Made by a program: the position numbers and the translations under genes. Shown here one piece after another: positions 9,952 to 18,690 of a DNA stretch of 50,276 bases; positions within the stretch are counted from its first letter, which is position 1; every line of letters starts with the position of its first letter. The DNA is from Bacillota bacterium (GTDB taxonomy: Bacteria > Bacillota > Clostridia > Christensenellales > CAG-138). The DNA is taken from the NCBI GenBank assembly GCA_023393045.1, contig JAEWMV010000036.1:1-50276 (forward strand), given 5' to 3'. The notes beneath the pieces are model-generated. The model made no database searches, was not told the DNA's origin, and was given only the letters and a program-made list of their open reading frames with translations.

Positions 9952-11139
9952 ATGCCACTGTTCAAAAAATGCGAGGAGTACACCTATATCCGCGACCTTG
10001 TCCGGGAGGGCGTATATCCTTATTTCCATGAACTCGAAACCAAGCAGGACGTCGAGGTCGTGATGGACGGCAAGCGCCGCATCATGCTCGGCAGCAACAA
10101 TTACCTCGGCCTCACCGTCCATCCGGACGTGGTGCAGGCCGGGGTGGACGCCATGCTCAAATACGGCACGGGCTGCTCCGGCTCGCGTTTCCTCAACGGC
10201 ACGCTCGATTTGCACAACATCCTTGAGGCGGAGCTTGCGGCTTTCGTGGGCAAGGGCGCGTGCGTCACCTTCTCCACCGGCTTCCAGGCAAATCTCGGCA
10301 TCATCAGCGCGCTTTGCGGACGCAACGACCATGTGTTGAACGACCGCGAGAACCACGCCAGCATCTACGACGGCTGCAAGCTGAGCTATGCGACCGTCCA
10401 CCGCTACCGCCACAGCGACATGGAGGATTTGGAAAAGCGCCTCGCGGCGCTGCCCATCGACGCGGGCAAGCTCATCGTGACGGACGGCGTGTTCAGCATG
10501 AGCGGGGATGTCTGCCGCCTGCCCGAGATCGTGGCGCTTGCCAAGAAATACAAGGCGCGCGTCATGGTGGACGACGCCCACGGCTTCGGCGTGCTGGGCG
10601 AGGGCGGCCGCGGCACGGCGAGCTTCTTTGGCCTCACGGACGAGGTGGACGTGATCATGGGGACATTCAGCAAATCGCTTGCGAGCCTTGGCGGCTTCAT
10701 GCTCGCCAGCCCCGAGGTTGCGGAATTTGTGCGGCACAGCAGCAGGCCCTTCATCTTCAGCGCATCCATACCGCCCGCCAACTGCGCCACGGCCACCGCC
10801 GCGCTGCATGTGATTGAAAGGGAGCCGGAGCGCGTGGCGCGCCTTGGCGACCTTGCGGAATACTACCGCGCGGGGCTCCATAAGCGCGGCATCGCCACCA
10901 TGCAGGCGGAAAACGCGCGCGTGCCCATCATCCCCATCTATACGTACGACCCCATGCGCACGCTGCACATCAACAAGACCCTTTTCGACGAGGGCGTATA
11001 CGTCAACCCCGTTTTGCCCCCCGCGACCGCGCCGGGCGAATGTTTGCTGCGCACCTCCCTCATGGCCACCCATACGGAGGCGATATTGGACGAGGCCATG
11101 GACATCATCGAGAAGGTGATCAAAAATGCCGGAGAATAA
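9952..11139 (+). CDS. spt: PLP-dependent alpha-oxoamine synthase, serine-palmitoyltransferase-like
   Basis: 395 aa. Motifs are SNNYLGL, CSGSRFLNGT, DGVFSMSGD and the Lys motif GTFSKSLASLGGF. The Lys motif is the form I recall from Sphingobacterium and Bacteroides SPT, not from BioF or Kbl (GTLSKA / GTLGKA). The RBS is TATGGAGGACTT. Confidence 0.8.
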   Translation: MPLFKKCEEYTYIRDLVREGVYPYFHELETKQDVEVVMDGKRRIMLGSNNYLGLTVHPDVVQAGVDAMLKYGTGCSGSRFLNGTLDLHNILEAELAAFVGKGACVTFSTGFQANLGIISALCGRNDHVLNDRENHASIYDGCKLSYATVHRYRHSDMEDLEKRLAALPIDAGKLIVTDGVFSMSGDVCRLPEIVALAKKYKARVMVDDAHGFGVLGEGGRGTASFFGLTDEVDVIMGTFSKSLASLGGFMLASPEVAEFVRHSSRPFIFSASIPPANCATATAALHVIEREPERVARLGDLAEYYRAGLHKRGIATMQAENARVPIIPIYTYDPMRTLHINKTLFDEGVYVNPVLPPATAPGECLLRTSLMATHTEAILDEAMDIIEKVIKNAGE

Positions 11140-11935
11140 GGCGGCCAAGCGCGTCGTCGCCGTGACGGGCGGCTCGGGCGGCATCGGCCTCGCGGCGGCG
11201 AAGATGTTCGCCGATCGCAGCGATACCGTCTACTCCCTCTCGCGCGGCGCGCCCTCGGACGCGCGCATCCTCCACATCCCCACCGACGTGACGGACGAAG
11301 CCTCCGTGGAGGCCGCATTCAAAAGGATCGGCGCGGAACAGAATCGCCTCGACGTGCTCGTGAGCAACGCGGGCATGGGCGTTTCCGGCCCGGTGGAGTG
11401 CACGAGCCTTGCGGACGCCAAGCGCCAGTTCGACGTGAACGTGTTCGGCCTGCACGCCTGCGCGCGCCACGCCGTGCCCCTCATGCGGGAGAAGGGCGGC
11501 AGCATCGTGGTCACAAGCTCCGTGGCCGCCATCTTCGCGCTGCCGTATCAGGGCTTCTACTCCGCCTCAAAGTATGCGCTCAACGCGCTCGCGCTCGCGC
11601 TTCGAAACGAGCTCAAGCGCTTTGACATCCGCGTCAGCATCGTCATGCCGGGGGACGTCAAAACCGGCTTTACGGACGCGCGCGTCAAGGACCACGGCAC
11701 CGAGCTCTACGGCAAGGGCGTGGACGCTTCCCTCGCCGTGATGGAGCATGACGAGCGCAACGGCATGCCCCCCGAGGCCGTGGCGAAGGTCATCCTCCGC
11801 CTCGCCCAAAAAAAGAACCCGCGCCCCGTCACCACCGTGGGACCGCTCTATAAAATCTTCCGCTTTCTTGGCATCGTGCTGCCCGTGCGCCTTCAATATT
11901 GGCTGGTGGGCAAAATTTACATCAAACACGCGTAA
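11126..11935 (+). CDS. Short-chain dehydrogenase/reductase (candidate 3-keto-amine reductase)
   Basis: 269 aa with VTGGSGGIG and YSASK SDR motifs. It overlaps the spt stop by 14 nt, which suggests translational coupling. Confidence 0.85.
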   Translation: MPENKAAKRVVAVTGGSGGIGLAAAKMFADRSDTVYSLSRGAPSDARILHIPTDVTDEASVEAAFKRIGAEQNRLDVLVSNAGMGVSGPVECTSLADAKRQFDVNVFGLHACARHAVPLMREKGGSIVVTSSVAAIFALPYQGFYSASKYALNALALALRNELKRFDIRVSIVMPGDVKTGFTDARVKDHGTELYGKGVDASLAVMEHDERNGMPPEAVAKVILRLAQKKNPRPVTTVGPLYKIFRFLGIVLPVRLQYWLVGKIYIKHA

Positions 11936-12002
11936 TCATTTATATGGCGCAACATCCTTTATAAGCGCGCCAATTTATATCATGTATGGAGGACTTATAC
12001 CC

Positions 12003-12878
12003 ATGGAAAGACCCCCCAAACGCCGCCTTGGCGACCGCAAGGACGGCAGGCTCCTGCGCGAGCTGGACGCGATGCACTTCATCGTGCCGCTCATCTACCC
12101 GAACCGCTGTGACAACGAAGCCTATATCTCCGAGAGAATAGAGCTGACCAACCTCAACGCCTACCTTGCCAAGAAAAACGAGAACGACCCCGAATTCCCC
12201 TATTCCCTGTTCCACATGATCGTCGCCGCTACGCTCAAGACCGTGATGCTGCGGCCCAAGATGAACCGCTTCATCGCCAACAAGAACGTGTACGAGCGCA
12301 ACTACATTTCCGCCGCGTTCGTGGTGAAAAAGCAGTTCAGCGACGAGGGGGCGGAGGCGCTCGCCTTCGTCTACGCAGACAAGGCGGACACCATTGAATC
12401 CGTGCGGGAGAAGATCTACAAGCAGATCACCTCCTGCCGCAGCGACAAGCTGGACACCTCGAGCGACAGCATGGACATTTTGAACAAAATGCCGCGCTTC
12501 CTCTCCAAATTCCTCGTCTACCTCATCACCAAGCTCGACAAGCACGGTTGGTGCCCGCAGTTCCTCATCGGCTCCGACCCGTATTACTCGAGCGTGCTTT
12601 TATCTAACCTCGGCTCCATAAAGCTCAAGTGCGGCTATCACCACCTCACCAACTGGGGCACGAACTCCCTTTTCGCCGTGATCGGCGAGAAGAAGCTTTC
12701 CCCCTTCTTCGACGAAAACGGCGCCGTCACCATGCGACCCACCGTGGACGTCGGCCTCACCATAGACGAGAGGATTGCCGACGGCTATTACTATTCCAAC
12801 ACCGTCAAGCTCTTGAAGCACCTGCTGCAAAACCCGGAATTGCTCGAGGCGCCCTTTGAAACGGAGGTACAATTATGA
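12003..12878 (+). CDS. Stand-alone 2-oxoacid-dehydrogenase-E2 / CAT-fold acyltransferase-domain protein
   Basis: The C-terminal block VDVGLTIDERIADGYYYSNTVKLLKHLLQNPELL aligns with the E2 catalytic motif DHRxxDG...L.nP. I placed the start at ATG 12003 behind TATGGAGGACTT; the track ORF start at 11748 overlaps the SDR gene. Confidence 0.7.
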   Translation: MERPPKRRLGDRKDGRLLRELDAMHFIVPLIYPNRCDNEAYISERIELTNLNAYLAKKNENDPEFPYSLFHMIVAATLKTVMLRPKMNRFIANKNVYERNYISAAFVVKKQFSDEGAEALAFVYADKADTIESVREKIYKQITSCRSDKLDTSSDSMDILNKMPRFLSKFLVYLITKLDKHGWCPQFLIGSDPYYSSVLLSNLGSIKLKCGYHHLTNWGTNSLFAVIGEKKLSPFFDENGAVTMRPTVDVGLTIDERIADGYYYSNTVKLLKHLLQNPELLEAPFETEVQL

Positions 12879-14581
12879 ACGAGATCAAAACCCCCTGGCT
12901 CAAATATTACGGCGTGGTGCCGCACCACCTCAACTACCCCGAATGCACCATGACAGGGGCGGTGGAGCAGGTTGCCAAACAATATCCCGATTACATCGCC
13001 TATGATTTCATGGGCAAGAAGACCACCTATGAAAAAGCCGTGCAGGACATCCACCTGTGCGCGAAGGCGCTGCGCGCCATCGGCGTGAAGGAGAACGACC
13101 GCGTGACGGTGTGCATGCCAAACGCGCCGCAGACGGTCGCGATGTTCTATGCCATCAACCTCATCGGCGCGGTGTCCAACATGGTGCATCCGCTCTCGAG
13201 CGAGAACGAGATCGCCTTCTACCTCAACGACTCGAGCTCCGTCGCCGCGATCACGCTCGACCAGTTCTACCCCAAGTTCGCCGCCATACGGGATAAGGTC
13301 AAGCTCGAAAAGCTCATCATCACCTCCATCGCCGACGCGCTTTCCCCCGTGATGGCGCTGGGCTACAAGCTCACCGAGGGCAGGAAGATCGCCCCCGTGC
13401 CCAAGGAAGATGGCGTGGTGATGTGGAAGGATTTCCTCCGACAGGGCGCGAAATACCGCGGCGAATACAAATGCCCCCGCGACGCGCAGGAGGGCGCCGC
13501 CATCCTCTACAGCGGCGGCACCACGGGCGTGACCAAGGGGATATTGCTCTCCAACCTCAACTTCAACGCGCTCTCGCGCCAGATTGTCGCGATGAACCCC
13601 ATGTTCGCCCCGGGGGACAAGATGCTTGCCATCATGCCCATGTTCCACGGCTTCGGCCTGGGAGTGAGCATCCATTCCATGCTCGCAAGCGGCGGCCATT
13701 GCATACTCGTGCCGCGCTTCACGCCGCGCTCCTACGCGGAGCTCATTGAAAAGCGCAGACCTAACTTCATCGCGGGCGTACCCACGCTCTACGAGGCGCT
13801 GCTGCGGCTCGACGGGCTCGAAAATCTCGACCTCTCCTGCCTCAAGGGCGTATTCTCGGGCGGCGATTCGCTCACGGTGGAACTCAAGAAGCGCTTTGAC
13901 AAGTTCCTTCGCCAGCACGGCGCCATCATCGAGGTGCGCGAGGGCTACGGCACGACGGAGTGCGTCACCGCAAGCTGCCTCACCCCCTATGGCCAGAGCC
14001 GCGAGGGCAGCATCGGCATTCCCTTCCCGGACACGTATTACAAGGTCGTCAGGGTCGGCACGACGCAGGAGCTCCCCTACGGCGCGGAGGGCGAAATTTG
14101 CCTTGCGGGGCCCACGGTGATGCTCGGCTACTGCAACAACCCGGAGGAGACGGCGGACGCGCTCAAGAAGCACGCGGACGGCCTCACCTGGGTGCATACG
14201 GGCGATTTGGGCGTGATGGATGAGGACGGCTTCATCTATTTCCGCCAGCGCATCAAGCGCATGATTGTCACGAGCGGCTACAACGTGTACCCCTCGCAGA
14301 TGGAGAACATACTCGACGCGCACGAATACGTGCATATGAGCTGCGTCATCGGCGTGCCCGACCCGCTCAAGATGCAAAAGATCAAGGCTTTTGTGATGCT
14401 CAAGCCCGGCGTGATCCCTTCGGAGGAAATCAAGAGGGAGCTCATGGCCTACTGCGCCAAGCACATCGCCAAGTACGCGCTGCCCTACGACATCGAATTC
14501 CGGCAGGAGCTGCCCAAAACCCTCGTGGGCAAGGTGGCCTACCGCGTGCTGGAGGAGGAAGAGTTGAGCCGCGTGGGGTAG
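12875..14581 (+). CDS. AMP-forming acyl-CoA/acyl-ACP ligase (long-chain fatty-acid ligase family)
   Basis: 568 aa with YSGGTTGVTKG, GYGTTE and HTGDLG adenylate-forming motifs. There is an ATGA overlap with the upstream acyltransferase gene. Confidence 0.85.
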   Translation: MNEIKTPWLKYYGVVPHHLNYPECTMTGAVEQVAKQYPDYIAYDFMGKKTTYEKAVQDIHLCAKALRAIGVKENDRVTVCMPNAPQTVAMFYAINLIGAVSNMVHPLSSENEIAFYLNDSSSVAAITLDQFYPKFAAIRDKVKLEKLIITSIADALSPVMALGYKLTEGRKIAPVPKEDGVVMWKDFLRQGAKYRGEYKCPRDAQEGAAILYSGGTTGVTKGILLSNLNFNALSRQIVAMNPMFAPGDKMLAIMPMFHGFGLGVSIHSMLASGGHCILVPRFTPRSYAELIEKRRPNFIAGVPTLYEALLRLDGLENLDLSCLKGVFSGGDSLTVELKKRFDKFLRQHGAIIEVREGYGTTECVTASCLTPYGQSREGSIGIPFPDTYYKVVRVGTTQELPYGAEGEICLAGPTVMLGYCNNPEETADALKKHADGLTWVHTGDLGVMDEDGFIYFRQRIKRMIVTSGYNVYPSQMENILDAHEYVHMSCVIGVPDPLKMQKIKAFVMLKPGVIPSEEIKRELMAYCAKHIAKYALPYDIEFRQELPKTLVGKVAYRVLEEEELSRVG

Positions 14582-14584
14582 GGG

Positions 14585-14608
14585 AATTGACAATTGATAA
14601 TTGACAAT
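14585..14608 (+). repeat. Two direct copies of AATTGACAAT (14585-14594 and 14599-14608)
   Basis: Read directly from the sequence, immediately after the ligase stop codon. An inverted third copy lies at 14844-14853. Confidence 0.6.
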
Positions 14609-14637
14609 CAAATGAGATTCGAAACGGCTTCCACTTT

Positions 14638-14660
14638 AACGGCGGGGGCCGTTTTTGTTT
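14638..14660 (+). terminator. Weak rho-independent terminator after the lipid operon
   Basis: A 6-bp stem AACGGC/GCCGTT with a GGGG loop is followed by TTTGTTT. Confidence 0.45.
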
Positions 14661-14685
14661 GGGATATATCCGTCCGGTTTTAAGG
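14643..14685 (+). repeat. Copy 3 of the dispersed intergenic motif (…GGGATATATCCGTCCGGTTTTAAGG)
   Basis: The tail TATATCCGTCCGGTTTTAAGG resembles copy 2. The head overlaps the terminator hairpin. Confidence 0.3.
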
Positions 14686-14691
14686 AGCGTT

Positions 14692-14770
14692 GGGGACAGT
14701 TCTGTTTGTTCGGAATAACGTAAACGCGCTTTACAGGCGGAATACCGCCGAACAAGCAGAAACCGTCCCC
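14692..14770. other. Long imperfect hairpin (22-23 nt arms, 34 nt loop)
   Basis: GGGGACAGTTCTGTTTGTTCGG pairs with CCGAACAAGCAGAAACCGTCCCC, with 20 matches, 2 mismatches and 1 bulge by hand alignment. The loop holds the repeated motif CGGAATA(A/C)CG. Confidence 0.55.
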
Positions 14771-14843
14771 AGCTATTGCCGCCTTATCCCCGACGCATCG
14801 AAGAAATCGCCACCCCTCCCCCGCCGCGCGGGCGTTTCTCCTA

Positions 14844-14873
14844 ATTGTCAATTATTCAGGGGGATGTTATACT
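14844..14873 (+). promoter_or_regulatory. punA promoter (-35 TTGTCA, 17 nt spacer, -10 TATACT) overlapping the inverted AATTGACAAT copy
   Basis: TTGTCA is at 14845-14850 and TATACT at 14868-14873. The GGGGAGG RBS and ATG 14907 follow. Confidence 0.55.
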
Positions 14874-14906
14874 CTAACGTAAATATTCACATGGGGAGGA
14901 AACGCC

Positions 14907-15728
14907 ATGACTTATACCTATGACGATTATGTGCGCGCGGCGCAGGCGATCCGCGCGAGGATCAGGGAGCAGCCGGAATTCCTCCTGATACTCGGCTCCG
15001 GCCTCGGCTTCATCGGCAACCTGATGTGCGACTCAATCGAAATACCGTATGCCGACATACCGGGCTTCCATCCCTCGACCGCGCCCGGCCACAGGGGCAT
15101 GCTGCTCTTTGGCACGCTCTGCGGCAAAAAGGTCATGATCATGCAGGGGCGCATGCACTGCTATGAGGGGTACGAGCCCGTGCAAATCGGCTTCCCCGTG
15201 CGCGTGGCAAAGCTCTTGGGGGTATCGTCCATGGTCGTCACCAACGCGTCGGGCATACTCAACCCGGAGTTCGGCGTGGGCGAGGTGATGCTCATTACGG
15301 ATTTCCTCAACCTCTCGCAGGCAAGCCCGCTCGCTGGCCCCAACATCCCCGCTTTCGGCGTGCGTTTTCCCGACGTGGGCAACACGTTTGACCGCGAGTA
15401 CCGCGCGCTTGCAAAGAAAATCGCGCAGGAGCTGGACATCACCATGCGCGAGGGCGTATACTGCCACGCCCTAGGCCCGCAATACGAATCGCACGCGGAG
15501 ATACGCGCCTTTCGCATGCTCGGTGGGGACGCGGTGGGCATGTCCACCGTGCCCGAGTGCATCACGGCCGTGCATTGCGGCATACGCACGCTGGGGCTTT
15601 CGCTCCTTTGCAATTACGCGGCGGGCATGACGGAGGGACCCGTCACCGAGGAGGAAGTCCTCGTCGCCGCGGAATACGCCAAACCTTATCTTTCCGAGCT
15701 TGTGATGGAATTTTTAAAGCGGGTGTAA
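14907..15728 (+). CDS. punA: Purine nucleoside phosphorylase (trimeric PNP family)
   Basis: 273 aa with LILGSGLG, HPSTAPGHRG, QGRMHCYEGY and VGMSTVPE blocks typical of inosine/guanosine phosphorylase. Confidence 0.9.
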   Translation: MTYTYDDYVRAAQAIRARIREQPEFLLILGSGLGFIGNLMCDSIEIPYADIPGFHPSTAPGHRGMLLFGTLCGKKVMIMQGRMHCYEGYEPVQIGFPVRVAKLLGVSSMVVTNASGILNPEFGVGEVMLITDFLNLSQASPLAGPNIPAFGVRFPDVGNTFDREYRALAKKIAQELDITMREGVYCHALGPQYESHAEIRAFRMLGGDAVGMSTVPECITAVHCGIRTLGLSLLCNYAAGMTEGPVTEEEVLVAAEYAKPYLSELVMEFLKRV

Positions 15729-15729
15729 G

Positions 15730-16701
15730 TTATTTCAAAAACGCTTCGCCGCGCGCGAGCGGGCGGAAAACCTCCCGGCACCATCGATCTTGGGCGCCGG
15801 CGAACCAGTCCCAATTTTTTGCGGCCTGATAGCGTAGCGCGATAAAGAGCAATATGCCAAGGGCGTAGTACGGCTCGGCGAGCCAAAGCTGCGCCCTTTT
15901 TCCGTAACCGTCCTCCCAGCCCGCGCGCATTTCGCCGCGCACGCCCTCCCGCGTAAAGTTGGCGTAGAGAAATGCGAGGTCGAGGTGCGGGCTTGCGACG
16001 CCCGCGAGCGAAAAGTCGATGAGGGCGGCTTGTTTCCCGTCCCAAATGAGGTTCCCCGAGGAAATATCCGCATGGCAAACGGTAAGGCCGTCCTCCGCCT
16101 CCGCCTGTGCGATGCGCCCGTCCATCACTTCGAGCGCCGCAAGCATATCCTCAAAGCGTTCCTTTTCCAGCACACCCGCGTCGAGCGCCTCGCGGAGCCT
16201 CTGCCCCACAAGCGTCAGCGCTTCCCCGCCATAGTACGGACGGCGCGGAATAAAGCGCGGCGTCTGCGCGCGCATGAGCGCGTCGAGTTTGCCCGCGGCA
16301 AAGCCCGCCGCATAGGCGGCGTCGGACGGAATATCTCCGTCGCCCCAGAGCGCATCGTAGCTTTCGCCCGCGAGCCAGCAAAGCAGCGACGCGGCGGTTC
16401 CCTCCGGCAGAAGCTGCACCGTTTCGCCGTTTAAACCGGCAACGGGTTTTTGCACGCGCAGACCGCTTTCATGCAGGAAACAAAGCATCTCGGTCTCCGC
16501 GCGCCGCCGCTCCAAACTGCCCGCGCCGCAGAGCGCAAGCGCGCCGAACCCGGGCGCGGGCGCGTGGATGCGCAGGGCGTAGCGCGCGTCCTGCGCGCGC
16601 ACGTCGTATATCGCGTTTTCGTTGTGGCGTATGAGGGACGCCGTCGCGCCCTCGACGCCAAAGAGCTTCAGCGCGGCGGCCTGATCGCACGGCTCGTGCA
16701 T
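15730..16701 (-). CDS. Phosphotransferase of the APH / choline-kinase / CotS-like kinase family
   Basis: 323 aa with VCHADISSGNLIW (HxDxxxxN) followed by LIDFS. Confidence 0.75.
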   Translation of the reverse strand: MHEPCDQAAALKLFGVEGATASLIRHNENAIYDVRAQDARYALRIHAPAPGFGALALCGAGSLERRRAETEMLCFLHESGLRVQKPVAGLNGETVQLLPEGTAASLLCWLAGESYDALWGDGDIPSDAAYAAGFAAGKLDALMRAQTPRFIPRRPYYGGEALTLVGQRLREALDAGVLEKERFEDMLAALEVMDGRIAQAEAEDGLTVCHADISSGNLIWDGKQAALIDFSLAGVASPHLDLAFLYANFTREGVRGEMRAGWEDGYGKRAQLWLAEPYYALGILLFIALRYQAAKNWDWFAGAQDRWCREVFRPLARGEAFLK

Positions 16702-16728
16702 GCTGCCTCCCCTGCCTTTACCGGCTTA

Positions 16729-18597
16729 TCAATTTTCCTCTTGCGGCTCAATGGAATAGCGGTCTTTGCCCGCACTCTTGGCGCGGTAGAGCGCGCCGTC
16801 CGCGGCGGTATAGATCTGCTCGAAGGCGCGGTGATCCCCCCGATAGACCGCGACGCCCACGCTTGCCGTAACGGGCGGCAGCGCGTCGGGCCCGCCCACG
16901 CTCACGCGCAGCGCGGCGACGAGCTCGCCCGCTTTCCTTTGGATGAAGTCCATATCCGGCACGTCCTTCATAAGCACCATGAACTCGTCCCCGCCCACGC
17001 GGCCCACGATGTCCGACGCGCGGAAGAAAAGCCGTATCGCGCGGGCGAAGCGCTTGATGGCGGCGTCCCCCTGCTGGTGGCCGAGCCTGTCGTTGACCAG
17101 CTTGAAATCATCGATATCGATCATGAAGATCGCGTGCATGCCCGAGGCGCCCTCCATGTGAAGGAAGCGCTTGATATGCTCAAACGTCGCGTCGTGATTG
17201 AGCAGGCCCGTCATGGAATCGCGCTGGGCGGCGGCGGAAAGCTCGTCCATCATGCGGCGCTCCGCGTACTCCGCGGTGACGTCCTCGCCCATGCCCACGG
17301 CGTGATAAGGCGCGCCCTTTTCATCGAACAGGGTGGTATAGCGGATGTGCTCGTAGCGCCATGCGTCCTCGCCCGCGGGGCGTATGAGCAGCACGCCTTC
17401 CGCCGTGCGCTCGCCCGCAAGGAGCTTTTCGTGCATGGCAAGCAGCTTTTGGGCGCTCGTCTCATGCACATACCCGCTTTCTATGAGCGCTTCGGGCGCG
17501 TTTTCCATCACGGCCGAGGGCACGCCCATGAGCTTCCTCGAGCGCTCGTCAAAGGTAAGGCGGCGGTTTTTGATGTCATAATCCCATATGGCGACCAAAG
17601 TGTTCTCGATGGCCATGCGGTAGCGCGCGTCGCTCTCGTTGAGGCGCGCCTGGTCATGCAGGGTCCTTTTGGCGTTTTGCTTGATGAGCCACGCGAAAAT
17701 CAGCACAAACGCCGCGGAAATGAGCATGATGGAGGCGATGATGAGATACCCCGCCCGGACGGTTTCGCGCACTTCTTCGTTGACGCTCGTCGCGGGCGCG
17801 ACGGAGCACATCATATAGCCGTTGAGGCCCAGTGGCGTGTAGGCGATATAGGTCTCGGGGCGGCCGCCGTAGATCGCGATGCCGGATGCGCCGGACATAA
17901 AATCGTCCCGCATGGAGGCGAGCGCCGCGGTGTCCATTTCGCCCGCGAGCTCTACGAACAGGTTGCCCGCAGGCGCGCCGCCCGTTTCGTCATACCCGCC
18001 GGCGATCCTCTCCCCGTCCGCACGGCAGATCATGGAATAGCTCCCGTCAAAGCCGGTCGTTGTGACGAGCATGTCCCGAAGCGTTTGCTCGCGGCAGGCG
18101 GCGTAGAGCACATAGGCGACCGCGCCCGCACGATACACCGGCACGGAAATGATAAAGCGCGGCGCGCCGTCCACGCGGCTCACGACCGCGTCAAGCCCGC
18201 GCTTGCCCGCCATGGACTGCGCGAAATACAGCCTGTCCGCCACGCCGATGCGCCTGCCGTCGTCTGTATTGGATGTGCCGTCGGGATAGGCGATATAAAG
18301 GCTTGGGAAACCCGTGCGCACGGAAAACCTGCGCATGCGCTCAAGCGTTTCCTCCACAGGCGCATCCTCGTCGGCCGCAAGCGCCTGCGCCACGGTTTCA
18401 AGCGAGAGGTACTGCCACTCGAGCGCGGTGAGAAAGGCGTCCCTCTCCTCCGCGGCGGCGGCGCCAAGCGTGGCGTACGCCTTGTTTTTTATGCGAAGCA
18501 CAGAGGCGTGCTGATAGAGGAACATGCAAAAGAGCGTCGCCGCCACAAGAGCCGCGATCATGAGCGTGAGCATCAAATTGCCGCGCCTGTACGCCAA
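16729..18597 (-). CDS. Membrane sensor diguanylate cyclase (extracytoplasmic sensor - TM - PAS - GGDEF)
   Basis: 622 aa. An N-terminal TM helix is followed by an extracytoplasmic region of about 270 aa, a second TM helix, a PAS-like segment and RVGGDEFMVL. The start is TTG, 5 nt after GGGAGG. Confidence 0.85.
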   Translation of the reverse strand: MAYRRGNLMLTLMIAALVAATLFCMFLYQHASVLRIKNKAYATLGAAAAEERDAFLTALEWQYLSLETVAQALAADEDAPVEETLERMRRFSVRTGFPSLYIAYPDGTSNTDDGRRIGVADRLYFAQSMAGKRGLDAVVSRVDGAPRFIISVPVYRAGAVAYVLYAACREQTLRDMLVTTTGFDGSYSMICRADGERIAGGYDETGGAPAGNLFVELAGEMDTAALASMRDDFMSGASGIAIYGGRPETYIAYTPLGLNGYMMCSVAPATSVNEEVRETVRAGYLIIASIMLISAAFVLIFAWLIKQNAKRTLHDQARLNESDARYRMAIENTLVAIWDYDIKNRRLTFDERSRKLMGVPSAVMENAPEALIESGYVHETSAQKLLAMHEKLLAGERTAEGVLLIRPAGEDAWRYEHIRYTTLFDEKGAPYHAVGMGEDVTAEYAERRMMDELSAAAQRDSMTGLLNHDATFEHIKRFLHMEGASGMHAIFMIDIDDFKLVNDRLGHQQGDAAIKRFARAIRLFFRASDIVGRVGGDEFMVLMKDVPDMDFIQRKAGELVAALRVSVGGPDALPPVTASVGVAVYRGDHRAFEQIYTAADGALYRAKSAGKDRYSIEPQEEN

Positions 18598-18690
18598 ATA
18601 AGCCTCCCGTGCAAAGTATCCCGCACGCCGGAAACATGACTTCGTTCCGATTCAGCTTATCATACCACAGCCGTGGCGCGCGACGAAAGC

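Noticed and set aside
14643-14685. Treating copy 3 of the dispersed motif as fully independent evidence
   Set aside because: Its GGGGGC head coincides with the loop and stem of the operon terminator. Part of the similarity may therefore be coincidental, so I kept it only as a low-confidence copy.
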